Below are positions 58,180 through 64,000 of a stretch of 64,000 bases of DNA, in pieces. The number at the start of each line of letters is the position of its first letter. Position 1 is the first letter of the stretch. The notes below the pieces were generated by a model that ran no database searches, had not been told where the DNA came from, and saw nothing but the letters and a program-made list of their open reading frames with translations. Source of the stretch: Phapecoctavirus DIJ07P2; the sequence record OZ035771.1. One strand, written 5' to 3'. Made by a program: the position numbers and the translations under genes.

Positions 58180-58617
58180 TTAACGTCGCTTGCTACGAGA
58201 TGAACTCTTTTTACTTAAAGGGCTATTGTAAGATTTACGAGTTGTATAGCTACTATTTGTTTTAAAAGTTTGTCTCGGCTTTTCATAAGTTTTTGTCTCT
58301 TGTTTAGGCTTACCATAAAAATTAGTTTTCGGTTTAGGTGTATTATAATGCTTATTAATAATCGTTCTGTTATCGTTATAATCCCCGCCACTACGATTAC
58401 TACCACCGCTCATCATATGCCCTAACAACATACCTGTAGCAAACTCACCAACACCGCTACTACTAGAACCGCCACCATTGTTGATAATAGTTGTATCTCC
58501 ATCAGATCCTTGTTGGGCGTATTGTTGAGGAGGTTGTTGGTATTGTGCAGGATTTGTTTCATCCTCGCAAGCTGTTAAAAAGATACAACCAATTAAAATC
58601 AGGGCTAGTTTTTTCAT
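58180..58617 (-). CDS. Gly-rich basic lipoprotein
   Basis: Start at internal ATG after GAGGA RBS; signal peptide MKKLALILIGCIFLTAC with lipobox; Q/G/S-rich then K/R-rich C-terminus. Confidence 0.4.
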   Translation of the reverse strand: MKKLALILIGCIFLTACEDETNPAQYQQPPQQYAQQGSDGDTTIINNGGGSSSSGVGEFATGMLLGHMMSGGSNRSGGDYNDNRTIINKHYNTPKPKTNFYGKPKQETKTYEKPRQTFKTNSSYTTRKSYNSPLSKKSSSRSKRR

Positions 58618-58804
58618 ATTTGCTTTCCTCATTTTGACTATTAATACATCTGTGTTTGAAATCTCCAGAGAAGCAATAAATTTGCTCTCCATCTCGGTAT
58701 AAACTCACTTTACTGCCGTTGATTACGCTTGTCAATACAAAAATTACAACAAACAACCCTATTGCAAAACAGATATTTTCAAACACAACCAACAAGTATT
58801 TCAT
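58559..58804 (-). CDS. small membrane protein (uncertain; overlaps lipoprotein gene start)
   Basis: 81 aa with N-terminal TM helix ICFAIGLFVVIFVLTSVI; overlaps 58180..58617 by about 58 nt. Confidence 0.2.
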   Translation of the reverse strand: MKYLLVVFENICFAIGLFVVIFVLTSVINGSKVSLYRDGEQIYCFSGDFKHRCINSQNEESKYEKTSPDFNWLYLFNSLRG

Positions 58805-59151
58805 TTTAAAAATACCTCATCATCAGTTTCATTATCCCAGAAGAACAAATCCCAACCATTTGGATCGTTCCATTTGGCTGCTGGAGAAGTCCATATTTGC
58901 TCGATATCAATATTCAAAACTTCACCGTTTCGTTTTGAAACAGCTTTAGTTAATTCCCAACGGGATACAGGCTCCACTTCCCCTGAACCACTCCCACAAC
59001 AAGCTACCACATTAGGAGGCAAATTAATTGGATCTTTGGTCACGATCATAACGCTTACCCCAGGGTAAACTTTTGAAAGATAATCTAAAACGTAATCCAC
59101 ATCACCAGATAAATCCCAAACAAGTTCTTGAATTTCATCAAAATTATTCAT
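58801..59151 (-). CDS. hypothetical acidic protein
   Basis: 116 aa ORF, first gene downstream of terC terminator. Confidence 0.3.
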   Translation of the reverse strand: MNNFDEIQELVWDLSGDVDYVLDYLSKVYPGVSVMIVTKDPINLPPNVVACCGSGSGEVEPVSRWELTKAVSKRNGEVLNIDIEQIWTSPAAKWNDPNGWDLFFWDNETDDEVFLK

Positions 59152-59159
59152 AAGTCTCT

Positions 59160-59186
59160 CCTATAAAATAGCCTCCCGAAGGAGGC
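59160..59186 (-). terminator. rho-independent terminator downstream of terC
   Basis: GCCTCC-CGAA-GGAGGC hairpin; on minus strand followed by TATTTTATAG. Confidence 0.55.
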
Positions 59187-59193
59187 TCATCTA

Positions 59194-60168
59194 TTAAACA
59201 GCAGCTTCTTCTTTTTCAGGGAAGATAAAGCTTGCAATAACACCAAGAGCTAATGTGCCTAGAACAATCATCAGACTTACGTTAGGGGAAATATCATGCG
59301 GGAGGAATGACCACTTGGCATGAAGTGTTTCACCGAACGGGTGATACATAAGTTTAGCACCGACAAACACCAGAACCACAGCAACAGCTTTCTCTAAGTG
59401 AACCAGATATTTCACAGCTACACTTAACACAAAGAAAAGTGCACGTAAACCAAGAACAGCCATCAACATTGCAGAATAAACTAGCAGAGGTTCTTGTGTC
59501 ACACCGATCACAGCCGGAACTGAATCAAAAGAGAAGACAATATCTGTAAGCTCAATTACAAACACACAAAGAAGAGCAGGAGTTGCATATTTAATACCAT
59601 TCTTAATGGTAATGAACTTTTCACCATCCAGTGCATTGTGCACAGGCAGAACTTTACCTACTAAACGAACAGCCCAATGCTTAGAGTAATCAATATCCTC
59701 TTCTTCGTCACCACCTTTGATGATAGCCACGGCAGACCAAGCTACAATCAAACCGAACAACACTTGGACCGACCAATGAAGGTTAAACAAAGCGGTCCCT
59801 GCTGCAACAAAAATACCTCGGAAGACAATGGCTCCTGCAATCCCCCAAAGTAGAATCTTATGTTGGAGATGTGTGCTCTTAATTCCAAAGCTTGCAAAAA
59901 TTGCCATGAACACCATTAGGTTATCTACAGAAAGACTCTTTTCCAACACATAGCCACTTAGGAAAAGCGCGGCAAACTCTTTACCATGTTCTACCCAAAT
60001 GAATGCGTAATACCCTAAAGCTAAAGCAATCCAAAAAACAGACCAAAGCAAAGCAGATTTAATTCCAATTTCTTTATTCTCTTTATGACCAAAGAAATCG
60101 ATACCAATAGACAATGCTAAAATACCAACTAAAACAACTACATCAATAATTGGGAAACCGAGTTGCAT
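59194..60168 (-). CDS. terC: TerC-family integral membrane protein
   Basis: 324 aa; multiple TM helices; signature YVLEKSLSVDNLMVF and second DxxFxxDSVPA-type segment (DIVFSFDSVPAVIG) typical of TerC family. Confidence 0.8.
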   Translation of the reverse strand: MQLGFPIIDVVVLVGILALSIGIDFFGHKENKEIGIKSALLWSVFWIALALGYYAFIWVEHGKEFAALFLSGYVLEKSLSVDNLMVFMAIFASFGIKSTHLQHKILLWGIAGAIVFRGIFVAAGTALFNLHWSVQVLFGLIVAWSAVAIIKGGDEEEDIDYSKHWAVRLVGKVLPVHNALDGEKFITIKNGIKYATPALLCVFVIELTDIVFSFDSVPAVIGVTQEPLLVYSAMLMAVLGLRALFFVLSVAVKYLVHLEKAVAVVLVFVGAKLMYHPFGETLHAKWSFLPHDISPNVSLMIVLGTLALGVIASFIFPEKEEAAV

Positions 60169-60185
60169 TCTTTTCTCCTCTCTTT

Positions 60186-60244
60186 GCGGGGAACTATTCC
60201 CCGCTTCATGTGATATATCTTACTCTTTTTAAGAACTATGTCAA
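60186..60244 (-). promoter_or_regulatory. terC promoter (TTGACA-16-TAAGAT) with leader hairpin
   Basis: On minus strand TTGACA (plus 60239-60244), 16 bp spacer, TAAGAT; transcript leader contains GCGGGGAA-TAG-TTCCCCGC hairpin about 12 nt upstream of GAGGAG RBS. Confidence 0.4.
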
Positions 60245-60247
60245 CAC

Positions 60248-60469
60248 TTATTTTGTTGAATGAGAGGAAAAGATTCCTCGTAATACCGCCAAAATAAACG
60301 AAACACAAACCACGGTCCAGAAGGTTACTGGGACAGTGATATCTGCATGACCCATAACTTCAGCAACATAGTTGTAAGCCAGCAACAGTAACCAAGCTGG
60401 AATCAAACTAAGCATAAAAGCAATAACAAAAAAGCTTACCACTGCAACAATACCTGCAAAAACACCCAT
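60248..60469 (-). CDS. small membrane protein (2 TM helices)
   Basis: 73 aa, almost entirely hydrophobic (VAVVSFFVIAFMLSLIPAWLLLLAY; TFWTVVCVSFILAVL). Confidence 0.35.
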   Translation of the reverse strand: MGVFAGIVAVVSFFVIAFMLSLIPAWLLLLAYNYVAEVMGHADITVPVTFWTVVCVSFILAVLRGIFSSHSTK

Positions 60470-60481
60470 ACTAATCTCCTC

Positions 60482-60955
60482 TTAAAGTTTATAAATAGTC
60501 ACATCGTGACCTGTTTTTACTAAAGTTTCTTCAATCATCACTTGGATGATAGCCCAATTACCTCCGGCATGTCCCGCTCCAATCATAGGTAAACCGATCT
60601 TACATTTTTGGTCACGGAGAAGCAAATCATTAGCCATAGCTATTAGTGCATCGTAAAGTGCATCATAGTCCAACTGACGACCTTTACTATTGTATCCATA
60701 ACGATACTGTCCATAAAGGTTGTATACCATAGGGTTAGGATAATCTTCTGGTTCCCCTAAACTAAAAGAACCAAGCTTTTTCTGGTTTCCTGCTCCTGTA
60801 GCTAAATCTGCTTCGTATGCATATGGAAACGCATATTTTATTTGTGGGGCAATACCTGCCCCCATATTACACATACAGTTGCAACAATGAGCAATAACAG
60901 TTACTTCACCTGCTTTAGCGGCATCAATAAGATTACCTGTTTTCATTTTAAGCAT
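60482..60955 (-). CDS. macro domain protein (TARG1/OARD1-like ADP-ribose hydrolase fold)
   Basis: Start at ATG after AAGGAG (MLKMKTGN...); VIAHCCNCMCNMGAGIA and GLPMIGAGHAGGNW...DVTIYKL parallel the TARG1-type macro pattern (HCIS.DC.MGAGIA ... RIGCGLD ... ITVYTL). Confidence 0.6.
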   Translation of the reverse strand: MLKMKTGNLIDAAKAGEVTVIAHCCNCMCNMGAGIAPQIKYAFPYAYEADLATGAGNQKKLGSFSLGEPEDYPNPMVYNLYGQYRYGYNSKGRQLDYDALYDALIAMANDLLLRDQKCKIGLPMIGAGHAGGNWAIIQVMIEETLVKTGHDVTIYKL

Positions 60956-60968
60956 TTTTAGCTCCTTA

Positions 60969-61796
60969 TTACAGAATGTGTTGTTTTGTGTAACGATCCA
61001 AGAATTCAAAGTTTTCAGCATACTTTGAAATTCGGTTGTAACCTTCTCCCAAGCATCCAAAGAAAAGTTGCTCTACATAGTAGTGTGGCAATTGACTAAG
61101 AATGATTTTGAAGTCTTCATGATTTTGGCCCATAAGATATTTAATAGGACGAACAAGACACTGTGCATCACGTTCTTCATTAATCATTTTAACAAACGCT
61201 TCTGGTGTATTAATGTAGTTAAAATTCAGTTTAGCTTCGGTATCTGCTTGATTACCTTCATATTTTGCAAAATACAGGAAGTAAACATCATTTTTAACTT
61301 GATTTTCATCAAGGATCTCAATCAGTTTGTCTTCATGCGTTCCAGTGATATTTACATCATCAATGAATACAAGCTTCTTATCACCCCAGAATTCTTTGTT
61401 ACAGTAGAATGTATCCCCATCAATAAGTTTCTTACGACTAGCTTTATCCAAGAAGCCATAATCGTTAATATAGCTAACTTTACGATGAATAATATCCAGT
61501 TCTGCTGAACGACCTTGATTATATTGTGATTGCAACATGTTAAAGTAATTAATAAAATGATCTGTCATCATTGTTGCAGCATTATGCACATGGTTGTAAG
61601 GAGAAGGAATGATAACAAATTGTTCCCCAATATGTTTCATTGCCACTTGAGCAAAAAACTGAAGTGCCAATTCTTTACCCATACGACGCGCGGCTTGGTT
61701 ACTACCAAATTTCAATTTTGAATAATCTTGGATATCAAAAGTAGCAGTTTCCAGGTCATCAAATTTATTTGCAAAAATTTGAGTTTGATTACGCAT
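60969..61796 (-). CDS. type I phosphoribosyltransferase (PRTase)
   Basis: 275 aa; PRPP-binding loop KLVFIDDVNITGTHEDKL (hydrophobic-DD-hydrophobic-TGxT); start overlaps HAD gene stop. Confidence 0.55.
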   Translation of the reverse strand: MRNQTQIFANKFDDLETATFDIQDYSKLKFGSNQAARRMGKELALQFFAQVAMKHIGEQFVIIPSPYNHVHNAATMMTDHFINYFNMLQSQYNQGRSAELDIIHRKVSYINDYGFLDKASRKKLIDGDTFYCNKEFWGDKKLVFIDDVNITGTHEDKLIEILDENQVKNDVYFLYFAKYEGNQADTEAKLNFNYINTPEAFVKMINEERDAQCLVRPIKYLMGQNHEDFKIILSQLPHYYVEQLFFGCLGEGYNRISKYAENFEFLDRYTKQHIL

Positions 61797-62445
61797 TTAC
61801 AATTTCTCCTCTTTTAAGTTTCTCTAGTAAGTCGTTAGGGTTCTTAATATGACAGAAGTTAAATCCTAAGTCAACACATTTTCCATCATATTCTTCACTA
61901 TCGCCTACGTGCAATACTTCGTGCCCTAACAGAGGGATCGGAGAATATGTGAGCGTGCGAGCAAAGAATCGCGGATCTGGTTTACAAAGTAAAGCTTCAT
62001 CCGAGAAATGGGTGAACTCAAAACAATTCCAACTATCAAACTTACAAGCACGACGCAGGATATCCCCTGATATAAAGTTGGTATTGCTCTTAATACTCAA
62101 ATCATAACGTCCCGAAAGATACAGCAAGTACATCGGCAGATCCACGGCTACGTGTGGTGGAAACTTAAGGAACCACTGTTCACACTCGAAACGAAGCTTT
62201 GCAGACTTCCAAGGTGTTATCCCAAGTTCAGAACCAAGTCTTTCCCAGGCGTATGCTGCACACTCGGCTTTGCCTTGAAGTGCTGCATTATCCAGTTCCT
62301 TTTTGATCTTCTTATAAGCTGCTCTTGCTTCCACTTCCGTAATATCTCCATATTTTGCGATAGTCCAGGCTCGCATGTCTGCGTAATTGGAGTTTGCTGT
62401 GATCAGTGTGTTCCATACATCAAAAGAGATATGTTTAATAGTCAT
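61789..62445 (-). CDS. HAD-superfamily hydrolase (atypical motif I)
   Basis: 218 aa; motif I ISFDVWNTL (second Asp replaced), motif III CKPDPRFF, motif IV LHVGDSEEYD. Confidence 0.55.
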   Translation of the reverse strand: MTIKHISFDVWNTLITANSNYADMRAWTIAKYGDITEVEARAAYKKIKKELDNAALQGKAECAAYAWERLGSELGITPWKSAKLRFECEQWFLKFPPHVAVDLPMYLLYLSGRYDLSIKSNTNFISGDILRRACKFDSWNCFEFTHFSDEALLCKPDPRFFARTLTYSPIPLLGHEVLHVGDSEEYDGKCVDLGFNFCHIKNPNDLLEKLKRGEIVNA

Positions 62446-62446
62446 A

Positions 62447-63052
62447 TTAAGCCCACCATGCGTCTAAGTTAAGATTACTGTCCACTACCACTTGTTCTAT
62501 GTGGTAGCCTTTTATCTGTATCCCACTGTTCAAGAGCATATCATACGCTTCATTGAAACGCAACTTATCTTCTGCGGAATATAAGCGAGCATTATAAAAT
62601 CGGTAATCAATTTCTTCAGCATTAGAAGAAATACGGAAGAAGTTTGTTTCTACTTCGGGATCACTTGCTGAAGTCTTAATGTGAACTTCTCCATAATTTT
62701 CTTTACTTAGATCCATGAAAAGAACACAGGCAACATGTTTAAACATTCGTTCCAGTTTGTAACGAACAACATTGAAACCTGCATTCTCAAGTTTTTCTAC
62801 ACACTGCAACATTAAAGTAGTGTCGAGATCGCTTTGATACTTTGTTAACATACGATCACGTTGAGACTTTGTATCCCGATGTAAATCAATTGTTGTGCAT
62901 TTGGCACCAATAATCTTAGCTGCTTTCATCAACTCTTCAGAACTAACGTTAGATAAAGTAAGATGAAAATGGGCTTTCCACACTTTTTTAGCAGGGACAC
63001 CAAAAGATTTATCCCCATTATTCGGCATGTTGACTACTACACTATGTTGCAT
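62447..63052 (-). CDS. hypothetical protein; weak resemblance to 2H phosphoesterase (HxT motif)
   Basis: 201 aa; AHFHLTLSN contains an H-x-T-x motif but the second motif is not convincing. Confidence 0.25.
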   Translation of the reverse strand: MQHSVVVNMPNNGDKSFGVPAKKVWKAHFHLTLSNVSSEELMKAAKIIGAKCTTIDLHRDTKSQRDRMLTKYQSDLDTTLMLQCVEKLENAGFNVVRYKLERMFKHVACVLFMDLSKENYGEVHIKTSASDPEVETNFFRISSNAEEIDYRFYNARLYSAEDKLRFNEAYDMLLNSGIQIKGYHIEQVVVDSNLNLDAWWA

Positions 63053-63067
63053 TACTTATCTCCTCAC

Positions 63068-63292
63068 TTAAAATGGAAGTCTTTGAAGTTCATCTCCTCC
63101 GATATCAAGTAATTTAGCAACATCTCGATCAGAAAGCAACTCTTTTCTTTGTAAAATATCCACAAGGGTTGCAAGAATCTCCTTAACGTCCCGATCACTG
63201 TTCTTCAACAGTTCTCCTGCCGTCCCTACTCTATCTCCTACAGCAAAATATGTAACCATGAAACCTCCTAAGTTAATCTGATTGCCAACCAC
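63068..63292 (-). CDS. hypothetical small protein
   Basis: 74 aa ORF overlapping nrdG stop. Confidence 0.25.
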   Translation of the reverse strand: MVGNQINLGGFMVTYFAVGDRVGTAGELLKNSDRDVKEILATLVDILQRKELLSDRDVAKLLDIGGDELQRLPF

Positions 63293-63743
63293 TTGCCGTT
63301 TTGGTCCATAATCTTTGATTATCTGACCCTCTGAAAGGTTTTGTAGTTGGATTGTTTATTTCATACTTTCCGTCTACAATAATGTCAACAAGATTTTTAA
63401 TATATAAAGGCACTTCCTCAAAAGTATATCCTGTATACACCATTATATCTTTGCTTGACCCATAAACGTCTCTAACCTTTTCTATAAGGCTTTTAACATT
63501 GTAAATATTCTGCGGATCTAATGGTTCTCCTCCTAAAATTGTTAAACCTTTTACAAACGGTCTTGACAAATCTTTTAAAACTTGCTCTACATTTTCGTGA
63601 GTAAACGGTTTCCCGTAAGAATAAGACCAGGCTTTTTGGTTAAAACAGCCACGACAACCGTGGCTACAACCACTAACCCAGAGGGAGCACCTAACTCCCT
63701 CGCCATTAATAAGATCTACAGGTTCATATCCTGCAAAATTCAA
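63273..63743 (-). CDS. nrdG: anaerobic ribonucleotide reductase activating protein (radical SAM)
   Basis: 156 aa; radical-SAM cysteine cluster CSHGCRGCFN near N-terminus; immediately downstream of nrdD-like fragment. Confidence 0.75.
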   Translation of the reverse strand: MNFAGYEPVDLINGEGVRCSLWVSGCSHGCRGCFNQKAWSYSYGKPFTHENVEQVLKDLSRPFVKGLTILGGEPLDPQNIYNVKSLIEKVRDVYGSSKDIMVYTGYTFEEVPLYIKNLVDIIVDGKYEINNPTTKPFRGSDNQRLWTKTASGWQSD

Positions 63744-64000
63744 AGATGTTTCTCCCTTTGCAAAACTTCCTGCATTTTACCTTTGTTGTAAGGGCGTGAA
63801 TTAGGGGCAGAAAGATACCCTGACACACGTCTAACTACAGAAATAGTTTCTTCTTCATGGTTGCCACAATCAGGACACTCAAACCCTTTAGCCGTTGCCT
63901 TAAATTCTCCATGAAAACCACACTTAAAGCATTGATCCACGGGCTGATTAATACCAAAATAGTGAATATGTTCATAAGCGTAGTCTACTAAAGTCTCCAA
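63740..64000 (-). CDS. nrdD: anaerobic ribonucleotide reductase large subunit, C-terminal fragment (truncated by window edge)
   Basis: C-terminal zinc ribbon (CFKCGFHGEF...CPDCGNHEE) and glycyl radical motif RRVSGYLS; the ORF continues beyond position 64000. Confidence 0.7.
   Translation of the reverse strand: METLVDYAYEHIHYFGINQPVDQCFKCGFHGEFKATAKGFECPDCGNHEEETISVVRRVSGYLSAPNSRPYNKGKMQEVLQREKHL

Noticed and set aside
60169-60246. Mn-sensing yybP-ykoY-type riboswitch upstream of terC
   Set aside because: The leader between promoter and start codon is only about 40 nt with a single hairpin, too short for that riboswitch
60969-61796. Possibility that the PRTase belongs to the known phage NAD-reconstitution pathway
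   Set aside because: That pathway uses a NAMPT-like enzyme and a PRPP-synthetase-like enzyme; this protein looks like a compact type I PRTase and no PRPS-like partner was seen
62447-63052. 2H phosphoesterase (LigT/Acb1-like) assignment for the 201 aa protein
   Set aside because: Only one convincing H-x-T-x motif (HLTL); the second motif is not clearly present, so left as a low-confidence note rather than a call
1-64000. CRISPR arrays, tRNA or rRNA genes, integrase, transposase or attachment-site repeats
   Set aside because: No regularly spaced direct repeats, no cloverleaf-like intergenic segments and no recombinase motifs were seen by eye; cannot be excluded without tRNAscan or repeat-finder runs

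Overview
This 64 kb window reads as a contiguous piece of a tailed, myovirus-like phage genome with enterobacteria-like codon usage in its most highly expressed genes. Positions 1-39,425 are a plus-strand morphogenesis module: an overlapping spanin pair, a large terminase interrupted by a mini-intein, portal, scaffold, lambda D/E-like decoration and major capsid proteins, sheath, tube, tape measure, baseplate and at least five distinct fiber/tailspike genes. Positions 39,490-64,000 are a minus-strand replication and auxiliary module: SSB-like protein, T7-like family A DNA polymerase, N6-adenine methyltransferase, gp4-like primase-helicase, a glycosyltransferase-like cluster, and NrdG plus a truncated NrdD at the window edge. 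The most notable content is a Ter (tellurite-resistance-like) gene neighbourhood at about 52.5-63 kb: TerD, a vWA protein with a TerD-like N-terminus, TerC, a TelA-like protein, a SprT-like metallopeptidase, a type I phosphoribosyltransferase, a HAD hydrolase and a TARG1-like macro domain. All calls rest on reading motifs and gene order by eye; no database search or computation was run. No rRNA, tRNA, CRISPR array, integrase or transposase was recognised.
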